Shown: piece by piece, positions 18,206 through 28,872 of the stretch | Numbering within the stretch: the stretch's first letter is position 1 | How the letters are laid out: each line of letters starts with the position of its first letter | From: a virus | DNA length: 64,000 nt | IMG/VR virus record: IMGVR_UViG_3300023179_000031 | Location: 58,467-122,466 of that record | Reading direction: 5' to 3' (one strand) | The notes under the pieces: generated by a model | Told to the model about the DNA's origin: nothing | Databases searched by the model: none | What the model saw: only the letters and a program-made list of their open reading frames with translations | Program-made: the position numbers and the translations under genes

Positions 18206-18960
18206 ATACTACAGAAGAAGATCTTTTTATCGGAGTAGAGTTGCAAACACCATCAAATACAGACACTTCACCAAAGGATGTGATTATGAGTGATGTTCCA
18301 TCAATGTTGTCGGCAGAGTGGCATGATTACGCTATGACGCTGTTTCATGAATCAGAGCTTGTTGATGGTCATCCACTAGTGGCTGGCTTGAGGCGTGTAG
18401 CTGAGTTGGTCCTTGGAACAATTGTTTTTAGTGGACCAACGCAAGTATTTCCAGTACAGCGAGAAGATCATCATGGACGAGCAACCGTTGTGTTTTCAGT
18501 AGAATTCGCTAACGGGGTAAGATATTCTGAAGTAGCAGACTCTTGGGAAGGCAATACCGATGACATGTTCTGTGCGTTTGCTGTGGCTATTGCTAGCACA
18601 AGAGCAGAAGCTAGGGCTTTACGAAAGGCACTAAAGATTAAGGGTGTTGCTGCGGAAGAGCTTACAAAGAAAGATACGGCTAAGATTGTTCGTGAGATTT
18701 CTAGCCAAAAGCCAAGTAGCGATGGTGACTATAATGAGCAGAGCAGAATGAGTGATGCTCAAGGTAATTTTATTGATGTTAAGTGTAAGCAGCTTAATAT
18801 CAATGGGGTTTTGCTATTCAAGGAATTTAACGTGGATAGCGGAAAGAAAGTATCTAAGAAGGTAGCTAGCGATATTATCGATAGACTAAACGATTATCAG
18901 CGTGATAAGAGTTCAATTCCAGAATCTATTCAAGGGTATCAAGAGGAGTGGAGAAAATGA
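18202..18960 (+). CDS. Rad52/Sak-like ssDNA-annealing protein
   Basis: VAGL, ASTRAEARALRKAL..AAEEL and C-terminal SDAQ..KKVASDIIDRL. Confidence 0.55.
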   Translation: MNTTEEDLFIGVELQTPSNTDTSPKDVIMSDVPSMLSAEWHDYAMTLFHESELVDGHPLVAGLRRVAELVLGTIVFSGPTQVFPVQREDHHGRATVVFSVEFANGVRYSEVADSWEGNTDDMFCAFAVAIASTRAEARALRKALKIKGVAAEELTKKDTAKIVREISSQKPSSDGDYNEQSRMSDAQGNFIDVKCKQLNINGVLLFKEFNVDSGKKVSKKVASDIIDRLNDYQRDKSSIPESIQGYQEEWRK

Positions 18961-19292
18961 AGATTTCATATACAACATCAAACGGCAGAATTACAGCAGA
19001 ATTTGACGCAGATTCACACAGGGACTTATTCAATGAGATTAATAAGTTCCAAGAAGTCTTCGAAGAAGATACCTGTGGAAAGTGCAAGGGTCAGGATATT
19101 AAGTATATCGTAAGGACTGTTGATGATAATCAGTATTACGAGCTAAAGTGTAACTCTTGTGGTTCTAAGCTTGCTTTTGGAGTAAACAAGAAGGGCGGCG
19201 GGTTATTCCCAAAGCGTAAAGATAACGAAGGCAAGTGGCTAGCAGATAATGGCTGGGTTAAGTGGAACCCGAAGACTGAACAGGCTAACTAA
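18957..19292 (+). CDS. Zinc-ribbon hypothetical protein
   Basis: CGKC...CNSC. Confidence 0.65.
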   Translation: MKISYTTSNGRITAEFDADSHRDLFNEINKFQEVFEEDTCGKCKGQDIKYIVRTVDDNQYYELKCNSCGSKLAFGVNKKGGGLFPKRKDNEGKWLADNGWVKWNPKTEQAN

Positions 19293-19301
19293 GGAGTATA
19301 T

Positions 19302-19595
19302 ATGAAGTATATTTTAGCGGCTATTCTAGCTATTTTTGCAACAACTGGATATGGTTATGAAACCTTGATTCCAGTAAATTATGGTCATGTATTTGTGCAG
19401 CAACCTGTGCTAGTTCAAACGTATGTATATAATACGCCATATTTTGTGGTGACTGTGCCAGTGCCGGTACAAGCACCTGTTTATGTTGCTCAACCTGTGC
19501 GACAAACGGTATATTGGGGCTATCCATACCAACCAGTATTAAATACCTCATACTGGCAACACTATAGGTGTAGACTGTTTAATTTCAATTACTAG
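19302..19595 (+). CDS. Small putative secreted Pro/Val/Tyr-rich protein
   Basis: AAGGAG RBS; MKYILAAILAIFATTGYG signal-like N-terminus. Confidence 0.6.
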   Translation: MKYILAAILAIFATTGYGYETLIPVNYGHVFVQQPVLVQTYVYNTPYFVVTVPVPVQAPVYVAQPVRQTVYWGYPYQPVLNTSYWQHYRCRLFNFNY

Positions 19596-19620
19596 GCTAC
19601 TGGCTTGGCCTATAGATTAA

Positions 19621-19660
19621 AAAGAAATGGGGGTGGCTAAAACCACCCCCTAACTTTTTG
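19621..19660. terminator. Bidirectional intrinsic terminator between the convergent blocks
   Basis: GGGGGTGG-ctaaaa-CCACCCCC hairpin (19629-19650) with an A-rich left flank and a T-run on the right. Confidence 0.8.
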
Positions 19661-19678
19661 ATAATTTAAAACAGCGTA

Positions 19679-20431
19679 TTATAGATATTCTACAGAGAAA
19701 TATAGACCGTACTGGGTCTTGCTTCCAATAGTAATGGGTTCAGAACTTAGGGCTACATACCAATCATGCCTTAAAGAGCGATGGGCAGCACCAAGCTTAT
19801 AATTAGTTGAATTAACGCCGTTATCGGCATAATAAGCGTCTAGTGAAGTGTCTGTAGATAAAGTATTTAAGCCGCTTGTGCCGGGAGAATTAGTAAAAGC
19901 CATATCCGCCATAGCTAGAGTTGGATCAAAAACAACCCATGTGTCAGATGTTCTTCCGGGAGCTTTATGTGCCAAATTCGAAACTGTATGACTTGTTAGT
20001 GGGTGTCGAGCCTCATAAACGTAGGTTACAACTCCAGAAGCATGGTTATTGATATCATTTCTATCAAATATTCTAAGCTTGCAGTTTTGAACACGTACTG
20101 ATTCAGTATGTGTAAATCTTACATTTAGTGGGCATAGATGATTTGGGAGATTGTTGAGATTAATTGGGCTAGAACCAATTGTGTCTGCTACAGCTTTGCC
20201 GGGAGCTTGATTTCTATTGTCATTATCATTGGCATACTGCGTGTTATTTAAAGCAAGACCTTGTGCTGTTCCATTGGCATTTGTAACATATGTTGTGCTT
20301 TGGACCTGTCCAATTGGCACAGAAACGCCAAATGAACTACCATAAAAACCAATACCGCTATTTTGCGTATGGTCTATTAGAGTCTGCGAATTGCCACCGG
20401 GAAGGTTGGCGTAAAATTTGATTTCTGCCAT
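19679..20431 (-). CDS. Putative virion structural protein
   Basis: Beta/Asn/Thr-rich; own GTGTAT motif and GGAG RBS; last gene of the structural block. Confidence 0.6.
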   Translation of the reverse strand: MAEIKFYANLPGGNSQTLIDHTQNSGIGFYGSSFGVSVPIGQVQSTTYVTNANGTAQGLALNNTQYANDNDNRNQAPGKAVADTIGSSPINLNNLPNHLCPLNVRFTHTESVRVQNCKLRIFDRNDINNHASGVVTYVYEARHPLTSHTVSNLAHKAPGRTSDTWVVFDPTLAMADMAFTNSPGTSGLNTLSTDTSLDAYYADNGVNSTNYKLGAAHRSLRHDWYVALSSEPITIGSKTQYGLYFSVEYL

Positions 20432-20457
20432 CTAATATCTCCCTAAAGTATGGTTAC

Positions 20458-20471
20458 ATAGTAATATACAC
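20458..20471 (-). promoter_or_regulatory. Putative late promoter GTGTATATTACTAT
   Basis: Intergenic, about 35 nt upstream of the 20431 start; motif shared with other sites. Confidence 0.55.
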
Positions 20472-20476
20472 GAAAA

Positions 20477-23400
20477 TTAACTGATTGTCATGGTCATATA
20501 CTGGGTAAAATTTGGATTGGAGTCAACTTCTGCCATATTAAAAGTATGACTAATATCGTTGTGGAAAAAGTAAAAAGCCTCATATTTATTAGGATATTTA
20601 GATCCTGTATTGTCTTCAATATTCAAAGTTGTATTTTTAGTTTCTTCTACTCTAGCTGTACCTTCGCCGCTTGAGCTAGATAATCTAGTGATTGGTGTTC
20701 TCATTTTTGGCCCTACATCTTGCTTTATTTGTTTGTATGCTTTTCCGCTAGTAAATTCAATAATTGCTGACTGTTTGTTGGTTGGACTTTTGATAGTAAG
20801 TTTATATGGATTTTGAAAATCAGTGTGTTTGAATCCTTCACCCTGCTTTCTGGGTAGTGATACATTTGCTTTAATTTTACCTTCTAAGGAAGTATCTATA
20901 GCAAAATTAAATCCAGAAATTCCACCATTACTATCAACAGCAGTTACCTCAATAACAACTCCTTTTGCCGCATCTATTTTATCGCCAACACTAAAACCTT
21001 GTCCAGCAGTATTTATGGTGGCGGAATCTTTGTTAAGACCTATTACTAATTTGTAGTAAAAAAATCCCTCATTGGTAACTAATTGCCCCCTTCTAACTGT
21101 GTTTATTCTCCAGTCTGATTCTGGAGCAAGTTTATTAGAAAAAGTTATCACAGCGCCGTCACTTACTGGAACATAGCCACCATCGCCCCATTTTGCATTA
21201 TATGATGGAATTCTAAAATCTACATCATAATCCGCAATATCTATGTTTATAGGGGGTGGCGTAGTTGTTGATGCATCTGGCGCAGACGTAGTTGTTGTGC
21301 CTGTTGTTTCTGGCCTAAATACACTAACTCTTGTTCTAGGATAGCTGAAAAGTACTCCCGGATTAAAATGTAAAACTGAAAAATATTGAGGTATAAATAT
21401 TGTTTGCTGCTCTGGCCAATAATCCCAAACCATACAGTGAAGCGCTGTAGTTCCAAAGCTATCTATACTATCACTATTAGTAGAACCCCAAATCGGTGAA
21501 TATCTAGCTTTAAAAGATGAAGTATTGTCTGTTGTCCATGCTCCAATTGAACCTAATATGGTAACAGCTATGCTGCCTCCAGCACCATTTCCAAGAAAAT
21601 TACCATACATACCAAACATTTGCTTTAAGCTTACATTAAACGTGCCACCTTTGTTCTTGGTGAAAGAATTACGAGCCGCAATAATTCCAACCAAATTTGC
21701 TCCATCTTCTGACGCTGTAACTGGTGAACGAAATACAGTAGTTGAAGCTTTTGGTTTATTTAATGGGGTTTTACTTATATAACAATCATATGGTATACCT
21801 TGAAATTGGCCAATTAGAGCATTTTCATAAACCCCACCACATTTAACTGGAGTAATAGTTGTAAGATTATTTAGTCCAAAAGATGCTAGTCTAGTATACA
21901 GATTTCCAAAAAGAGATGTTGTAGCTGGAATCGCCTCACCGGCAACGGCGTCATATCTTGTTTCATTTTTAAGAGCATCTCTTGCATTTTTCTGAAAATT
22001 TCTATCAAAAAGATATGCAGACGATAAATTTGGGCTATTAGCATCATCAGAACCAGCTAGTTCTGCGCAAAGTGGAGAAAATTGTAATTTTAATGGATTT
22101 ACTGGTTTCAATGCATACATATCTGCCGGTGAATTTATTTGTCCTAAGTAATAAGCAAAACCTTGATTATTAATTAAGTTATTGATTGATTGTGCAAAAC
22201 CCGCGTCTGAGTTGTTAATAGCTTGTATTATTTTATGAGTATCTTCAATTGGAAATCCATCTCCACCATATTTTCCATTAGTCGCTATATCTGCTGGAAG
22301 CTGTAAGAAATTAGAGTCGTTAACATTTAAGTTTGGAACCTCTTGAATTGTATGTATTGTGTTATTAGCAAAAAAATAATTTCCAGAATTAGCTTCTGGT
22401 GTGCCGCTAGAAGCTGTTGATATTCCAGTGTGTTTCCATCCAGAAAAAAAATTCGCATTAGCTTTCATTCTAGCATAACCATTAGATGAATATCCGTCTG
22501 GAAAAACTGGACCCCAAAAAATTGGAGTTTGATAATAACTAATTGTATCATTAAATGCTGGCTGCTCAACATTAATCCTTGAATAAAAATCTTGAGTTCC
22601 TGTGCCACCCTTTGTTGGTCCACTATTATCAAAGCTTGTGGTTTGAATGTAATAATTTAGTTTTCTACCTACTCCAGTAAATGTTCCTACAGAATTTAAT
22701 GTAGATATTTCTTGCTTACTGAAAAAAGTTACCTCCATTGCGCTATTAACATCAAGAAGAGAAGCATAAAACTTCGCTTTAAGCAGGTCTTGACATGTCG
22801 CTGGTAATGTGAGTGCGCCATCGGTATCACGAAAATACCAATCTGAATTAGCAATTAATTTTGTAAAACCCCATCTACCAATAGATGTTGGCTGCGGTTT
22901 AGTTTCTAAAGAGCCAAATTTTTGTACTATCCACTCACCGCTAATAAATGAGCATAAAACTATATCTCCAGCTTTAAAGCTGTCATTAGATCTATTTACC
23001 ACACTTATTTCTTCTACTCTTTTAGAACCATCACACCTTATGAGATTTGGTCCAAACATATCTGGATTGCTGCTTTGTACAGATAACGGCATAGCTTTTC
23101 CAGTTTTTCTTTGCCCTAAATATTTTTCGCTACTTGGATCAAAATACGTGGTATTTGCCGCGTTATTTAAATCTTCGTCAGTCAAATTTACTCCGACTAT
23201 ATTAGCTGGTTCTAAATCAGTAAGTAATCTAGCTATTTGTTGATTTGCAGATTCCCAAGAGCCAGTGACTTCATTCCAACTTAATCTAAGTGGTCCAGTT
23301 ACAACATTGTCAATATCATTATCTCCACCCTTTGTTGCATCAACAAAAGTTCCAACGCTTGGAAAACCATTAACCACCTCTAGCCTAGCGTTTTGACTAT

Positions 23401-24001
23401 TTCTATATGAAACTTTTCTTCCGCTAGGAAGTCTAGGTGTTGCAGTAATGAGCGGAGAACCCTTTTGTGTTACAACTCTATCATTTTTTCCTTTTCCAAC
23501 TCCATTAAAATAACATTTTAATACAAGTTTATCATCGCTATTTTTAAATCCAACATATCCCTCAAGGCTATTTTTAATATCTTTGATTTGTTGATCTTTT
23601 GAAGGATCTTTATTAGTATCAATTTGAGCATTTCCACTTTCATGATAATCTATTAATGACATTAATTCTGTTTGATATATAGAAGTTTCTGTATATTTAC
23701 TTCCATCATATTTATGATATTTCCCAATAATATCTGTTAAATCTAGAGCGTCCATTATAGTGGCCGGTATAGTTGGAGAACCGCCGCCACCGCCGCCGCC
23801 TCCGGGAGAAGCTGTGGTTGTGGTGGTTGTTGAAGATGTTCTACTTAATACAACCTGTTTTCCAAAACTTGTTTTGACAAACTCTTCATAGCCACTTTTA
23901 GTTAATGAGCCAACACCATAATCTTGAAAATGCTTATCTAGAATGATAAATACATGATTATTATGATATGCATTTGCTATATTACCTTGAAAAAATCCCA
24001 T
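20477..24001 (-). CDS. Large tail/baseplate-associated protein with Thr/Gly low-complexity linkers
   Basis: 1174 aa; beta-rich; T/G runs; start placed at the GGAG-preceded ATG. Confidence 0.6.
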   Translation of the reverse strand: MGFFQGNIANAYHNNHVFIILDKHFQDYGVGSLTKSGYEEFVKTSFGKQVVLSRTSSTTTTTTASPGGGGGGGGSPTIPATIMDALDLTDIIGKYHKYDGSKYTETSIYQTELMSLIDYHESGNAQIDTNKDPSKDQQIKDIKNSLEGYVGFKNSDDKLVLKCYFNGVGKGKNDRVVTQKGSPLITATPRLPSGRKVSYRNSQNARLEVVNGFPSVGTFVDATKGGDNDIDNVVTGPLRLSWNEVTGSWESANQQIARLLTDLEPANIVGVNLTDEDLNNAANTTYFDPSSEKYLGQRKTGKAMPLSVQSSNPDMFGPNLIRCDGSKRVEEISVVNRSNDSFKAGDIVLCSFISGEWIVQKFGSLETKPQPTSIGRWGFTKLIANSDWYFRDTDGALTLPATCQDLLKAKFYASLLDVNSAMEVTFFSKQEISTLNSVGTFTGVGRKLNYYIQTTSFDNSGPTKGGTGTQDFYSRINVEQPAFNDTISYYQTPIFWGPVFPDGYSSNGYARMKANANFFSGWKHTGISTASSGTPEANSGNYFFANNTIHTIQEVPNLNVNDSNFLQLPADIATNGKYGGDGFPIEDTHKIIQAINNSDAGFAQSINNLINNQGFAYYLGQINSPADMYALKPVNPLKLQFSPLCAELAGSDDANSPNLSSAYLFDRNFQKNARDALKNETRYDAVAGEAIPATTSLFGNLYTRLASFGLNNLTTITPVKCGGVYENALIGQFQGIPYDCYISKTPLNKPKASTTVFRSPVTASEDGANLVGIIAARNSFTKNKGGTFNVSLKQMFGMYGNFLGNGAGGSIAVTILGSIGAWTTDNTSSFKARYSPIWGSTNSDSIDSFGTTALHCMVWDYWPEQQTIFIPQYFSVLHFNPGVLFSYPRTRVSVFRPETTGTTTTSAPDASTTTPPPINIDIADYDVDFRIPSYNAKWGDGGYVPVSDGAVITFSNKLAPESDWRINTVRRGQLVTNEGFFYYKLVIGLNKDSATINTAGQGFSVGDKIDAAKGVVIEVTAVDSNGGISGFNFAIDTSLEGKIKANVSLPRKQGEGFKHTDFQNPYKLTIKSPTNKQSAIIEFTSGKAYKQIKQDVGPKMRTPITRLSSSSGEGTARVEETKNTTLNIEDNTGSKYPNKYEAFYFFHNDISHTFNMAEVDSNPNFTQYMTMTIS

Positions 24002-24003
24002 AG

Positions 24004-27000
24004 TTAACTCCATGAACTAAGTTTGTCTGATCCTTCGATTCCCTGAGAATTCATTTCTTGTATCATGTCTACATTATTTCTAGCTACAACAGACATATTT
24101 GGATGATCTTCAAAAGAAGCTGGTGATTTGTCTTCGATTAAATTTGTTGATGCAGAATTGTAAAATTTAAAACCAAAAATTTTAGCATTATGATTAAGAA
24201 ATTCAATGCCTTGTATAAGTAGATTTGAAGACATCATTGATGCTTCTATGTGGCGTTCGCTTAGTTGCGTATTAACGCCGCCCTGTAAGTTTGTTCCATC
24301 ATCAACTAAGAACGAGTTGACATTTTGTGGAAGAACAGAAATAACAGAAGTATCTACGGGTTGTGATGCTAAACCTCCAGTAACTAGATCTGTATTCATG
24401 CTATCATATCTCATAGAATTTTCAATATTTTTGTAAAGTTGTTGATAATTAATATTTGATTGATTTTTACCAATACCTTTTCTAATTAAAGCATTTTTTT
24501 CGTCTCTTTGTTTTTGTCTATTTCTACTTATATTAGAAATATTATCTAATTTTTGTTTTTGCATTTTTCCAAAACTGGCTGTATACAAGTCCATTTTATA
24601 TGTAGTTTTTATTCCAGCTTGAGATACATCTACAGATATATTAGTTACTAATGGGCCTGCATTACCAAGAGATCTTGCCAAGGCTACTCCACTTGGAGCC
24701 GCTGGAACAACAAAGCCACCCCTTTCAGAAACAAGCATAGCGCTAGTACCAAACGCTGAATGCATTTGTCCAACAGCGTTCATTAAATCAAATCCATTAT
24801 AATTCCAAGGTGCCAAATTCTCATCTTTAACAAATTCTAATTTTCCACCAACTTGGTCTGTAGATACATAAGATGATAACCAAGGACCATAGCATCTTTC
24901 AGATGATCTCAATGGTATAGCCACTAAATCTGGATAAACTGGCGACGGAGATGCGGCAGTAATTTTATTCGGTAAAGAAAATGTAAGACCCTCAAAAGTT
25001 TTGTCAATTGCGGCTTCAGCGTCTGGGCCAAGACCTTCAGAAGACAATGTGCTATGAATATCTCTTTGTGTTCCGCTTGGTAATGCTGGAACATCAAAAC
25101 CATCCACACCTTGGACTGTATCTAAAAGTAAAAAGTGTTTTAAATTTGCTGGAAATACTTTTTCTTTAAGGCTATCTCTATATCTTGAAGTTACTGTTGG
25201 AAATATTCTATTTGGCAGCGTGATCAAAGCGTAAACATTGTCTGTGTCTAATTCAAAGTTTGGATTAACAACGGTAATGCTCGAATTTGTTATTGGTGCC
25301 GCCGTTGTTGTAACATAATTCGGTGGATTTGTAGTCGAGGTTGTTGTAGTTGTTGCTTCAACGGCTTGACTTATAATATCAAAAATTCTTACATTTGATG
25401 AATAATCTGACTCTCCGGGGATTGGACTATATAATCTCTGAATATATCTAAAACTATCTTTATTAGTACATTTTATTGGATCAAATATTTTATTTGGAAT
25501 AGAAAGAGTGGTAGTATATTGAACTTCTCTTCCATGCACTTTTATTGATCGAACAGAGCTTTTTGGTGGCATGTATAATGTTTCACTAACATCACATTTT
25601 ACGAAAGCAACACATCCAGAAGGCGCTAAATCTGCCGAAGATGGATCAAACTTGTCTCCGGTGCGTGAAGAATTTTCTAATTGATAAGATATATCTGGAA
25701 TAAAATATCCAGCCTTTATAACCTGTTGAGTAAAACTATCTTTGCTTATACCATCAAATGATAGTTGTTCACTATTGTCAAATCTTACATAAGCAGAAAT
25801 TCTAGAATTTTCATTTACAAAATTTGTTGCGTCCAGTGGTATAAGTCCAGCATTTATACCATAATTAGATCCAGCACTTGAAGCTAATAAGTCGAATGGA
25901 TAATATCCACCTTGATTATCTGGAGTATAATTAGATTCATATTGTTCTGTTATTGGATTATAATTTATTTTTAATGCTCCATAATATGGATCTAAACCGC
26001 CAGACAATTGATAGTTGTTCATTCCACTGCTATCTGGCAAATCGTCAAGATTGTCACGATGCAATGGATCATTATTAATAGATCTTCTCATGAATCCAAA
26101 TGGGCCTTTTCGGATTTCCATAGATGAGCCAACACCAACGGTAGACACTGTTGTGCTATAATTAGGATTAACCCTCTTAGGAATTTTTACTAAGAATTTT
26201 TTGCCTAAACATTCATCTGCTATATTTTTTAAGAAGTTGTAAACACGGTGCGCATTTTGATTATTTCTTTGGGCGGTTCTTTGAGATCCAGCAACTATGG
26301 GTCCAAGTTGGTTAAGCATTTTTTCTATCAAAGCAATGTTTCTAGTTCCACTATTTAATGAAGTTTTGATAAATTGATAGAATTCTTTTTCTGCCTCGCT
26401 TTTTCCAGCGACATTATTATCTAATTCTTTAGATATTGAATTTAATACTCCAACAAATTCTTTATCATTTGTTGTATTTCTGAGTGCTGTAAGTTGAGTA
26501 AATAACTTAGTGCCAATAGATGTTAAATTTGCCAAACCGGCTTGAGGTATGCCAATTTGAGTAGCTCTTTTATAATACAACGGATAACCATAAGGTGGAT
26601 TGCATGGGCTTTTTGGTATACCATTTGCGTCATATCCGTTTTGGTCGGATGTCCAAACCGATCTAGGAACTGTAACCGCATAATTACTGGATACTTCTAT
26701 TGGAATATTAATACCAATGGCTGCAAACTCATTTACAGTATTGTTTATACTAGCAATATCTCTTATATCATTACTTTCAACAGACTCCATATACAATTCA
26801 TTATACATCATTAAAAATTCTGACCATCTTTCAAAGGATATTGCAGCCGCCCTCAATTCCATTTCTGTGGCAACGTAATAGTTTCCAACACCATTAGCAT
26901 TAAGAGTGCTTGAATCTAGTAATATTTGCTGATATGATCCAAAACCCTTTGGTATTGTTACAGCTTTATTTCCAAGCATACCATAATATGGTAATACTTG

Positions 27001-28539
27001 TTGTGCAAATGAAGCTTCTAATGACCACTGTGGGTATCCGCTTGTGCGCGATGTTTTGTCTCTATCTGTATTAGTTGTAAAATAATGCATATCAACTTCT
27101 TGCGCACCAACCAAGAACTTGTCTGTAACAGTGTTTGCAAGCTCGTATCCAACATCTCTATTTTCAATAGGAAGTGTTAATGAGTCTAAATATGTCTTAA
27201 TAGCAGTTAATGACGGTGGTGACGATTTATCTATAGCGATTACTTTGATAATGCCAGCAATTATTTCTTGTGGTTTGTTTCCTGCAATTTTACCATTATT
27301 GTAGTTGTATAATGCTTGACAAGCTGGATGATTTATTACCGGAAGCAAAGTTACAAATAATTCCCAATTTAATATTTCACAAATTTCTAAACATAGATCT
27401 AAAACATTTATCTGATCATAATCTAAAAAGTAAAACTGTGGTAAAACAGGAAGACCAGTTAAATCAACAACATAATTCATCCCTCTAAAATTAATATATC
27501 CTCCAAAACCAGCATCTTTATATTCTTGAGGCATTTGACCGTCAAAACCAGACATGGCATTTATAGCTTGCACTATTCTGTAATACGGTATACCCTGTTG
27601 ACATCTCCTAGATCTACCAGTTCCTGTGATTGGGAATTTTGTTGGAAAAGTACCAATTGCTGATTGATTAAATTCAAATTTTACAGAATCTTGATATAAA
27701 GTATTTGAAGATGGAATTCCTCGCGGATAATACATGTCTGTTCCAACAAAACCGTATGATCCATCACTATTTTTGATTTTTTTTAACACAGACGCATTTG
27801 ATCCACCGTAATAACTTTCATATTGTGATGAATTAAATTCTAAGAATCCAAAAATATTAAGTATATTTTGTCCACCATATGTTGAGCCTGCGTAATTATT
27901 AAGAATAAGCTGAACATTTGATAAAACTTCTCTTGGATCAACAATTTGCGCTGAATATATTGGTGTTCCCGCTGAACTTTTATTTTGAGTGAATGTTTGT
28001 AATATCCCACCAAAAGTAAAATGATCTCTAGCATAATTACCTTGAGATGAAGTAAAATCATATAAATCATCAAATGGTTTTAAGAATGCATCTTGAACAG
28101 AAGCTCTTTTTGCCCCAAAACTAAAAAATACCGGACTGCCAACTGGCGGTGGCATGAATTGATCTTTAACGCCATTATGGTATACATCTTGACCTCTACC
28201 AAGGCCAGATCCATCAGACTTATTATATTCATCTTCAACAAGCTGTATTCCAAGAGTTGAACTACTATCACCAAATCCAGCGTTTACACTAAAACTAGAT
28301 ATAGATGCGCCAAGAAATGTTTGTTGTTCATATGTTGGATACGTACCGCCAGCAACACTAAGATCTGTTAAAGATAATGAATTTGGATCAACTGTCGTGG
28401 TTGTAGTTGTTGTAGTTGTTGATGTAGTTGTTGTAGTAGTAGTTGTTGTAGTAGTAGTTGTGGTGGTTGTAGAAGTTGTAGCACCATTTGGATCTGGAGT
28501 CGTGTTTATTGGTGGGTATGGTGGAATAAATAATGTCAT
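24004..28539 (-). CDS. Large tail tip/hub-like protein with N-terminal poly-Thr tract
   Basis: 1511 aa downstream of the TMP; C-terminal VTNISVDVS..GIKTTY is typical of hub proteins. Confidence 0.6.
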   Translation of the reverse strand: MTLFIPPYPPINTTPDPNGATTSTTTTTTTTTTTTTTTTSTTTTTTTTTVDPNSLSLTDLSVAGGTYPTYEQQTFLGASISSFSVNAGFGDSSSTLGIQLVEDEYNKSDGSGLGRGQDVYHNGVKDQFMPPPVGSPVFFSFGAKRASVQDAFLKPFDDLYDFTSSQGNYARDHFTFGGILQTFTQNKSSAGTPIYSAQIVDPREVLSNVQLILNNYAGSTYGGQNILNIFGFLEFNSSQYESYYGGSNASVLKKIKNSDGSYGFVGTDMYYPRGIPSSNTLYQDSVKFEFNQSAIGTFPTKFPITGTGRSRRCQQGIPYYRIVQAINAMSGFDGQMPQEYKDAGFGGYINFRGMNYVVDLTGLPVLPQFYFLDYDQINVLDLCLEICEILNWELFVTLLPVINHPACQALYNYNNGKIAGNKPQEIIAGIIKVIAIDKSSPPSLTAIKTYLDSLTLPIENRDVGYELANTVTDKFLVGAQEVDMHYFTTNTDRDKTSRTSGYPQWSLEASFAQQVLPYYGMLGNKAVTIPKGFGSYQQILLDSSTLNANGVGNYYVATEMELRAAAISFERWSEFLMMYNELYMESVESNDIRDIASINNTVNEFAAIGINIPIEVSSNYAVTVPRSVWTSDQNGYDANGIPKSPCNPPYGYPLYYKRATQIGIPQAGLANLTSIGTKLFTQLTALRNTTNDKEFVGVLNSISKELDNNVAGKSEAEKEFYQFIKTSLNSGTRNIALIEKMLNQLGPIVAGSQRTAQRNNQNAHRVYNFLKNIADECLGKKFLVKIPKRVNPNYSTTVSTVGVGSSMEIRKGPFGFMRRSINNDPLHRDNLDDLPDSSGMNNYQLSGGLDPYYGALKINYNPITEQYESNYTPDNQGGYYPFDLLASSAGSNYGINAGLIPLDATNFVNENSRISAYVRFDNSEQLSFDGISKDSFTQQVIKAGYFIPDISYQLENSSRTGDKFDPSSADLAPSGCVAFVKCDVSETLYMPPKSSVRSIKVHGREVQYTTTLSIPNKIFDPIKCTNKDSFRYIQRLYSPIPGESDYSSNVRIFDIISQAVEATTTTTSTTNPPNYVTTTAAPITNSSITVVNPNFELDTDNVYALITLPNRIFPTVTSRYRDSLKEKVFPANLKHFLLLDTVQGVDGFDVPALPSGTQRDIHSTLSSEGLGPDAEAAIDKTFEGLTFSLPNKITAASPSPVYPDLVAIPLRSSERCYGPWLSSYVSTDQVGGKLEFVKDENLAPWNYNGFDLMNAVGQMHSAFGTSAMLVSERGGFVVPAAPSGVALARSLGNAGPLVTNISVDVSQAGIKTTYKMDLYTASFGKMQKQKLDNISNISRNRQKQRDEKNALIRKGIGKNQSNINYQQLYKNIENSMRYDSMNTDLVTGGLASQPVDTSVISVLPQNVNSFLVDDGTNLQGGVNTQLSERHIEASMMSSNLLIQGIEFLNHNAKIFGFKFYNSASTNLIEDKSPASFEDHPNMSVVARNNVDMIQEMNSQGIEGSDKLSSWS
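28394..28482 (-). repeat. Imperfect ACN trinucleotide run encoding about 28 Thr/Ser
   Basis: TTSTTTTTTTTTTTTTTTTTSTTTTTTTTT with mixed ACA/ACT/ACC/ACG codons. Confidence 0.9.
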
Positions 28540-28548
28540 AATATATCC

Positions 28549-28869
28549 TTAATATGGACTGTATGTAGCTACAACAAGATTTCGTGAAATTGTAATACTG
28601 GTTTTTACTTCATATGGAGATGTGTCTACAAGACCTTGGCCGCCGTTTTGATTTGGAAGATAGTGTATGTATTCTCCAAATATTAAAGCATTATATGATA
28701 CTTGAGATGAATTAGATAATATATTTTGGCCATTTGAGTTATTTGGTACGCGCTTATAAACATGGGTTTTTAAAGTGCCATCATACGCCGGTCTTAAGAA
28801 TGATATAGTGCCACTAGGGCCAGCTACCACATTTCCCAATTCATCTACTTGATTTATTATGTCTTCCAT
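28549..28869 (-). CDS. Hypothetical protein
   Basis: 106-aa ORF tightly packed in the operon. Confidence 0.6.
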   Translation of the reverse strand: MEDIINQVDELGNVVAGPSGTISFLRPAYDGTLKTHVYKRVPNNSNGQNILSNSSQVSYNALIFGEYIHYLPNQNGGQGLVDTSPYEVKTSITISRNLVVATYSPY

Positions 28870-28872
28870 AGT

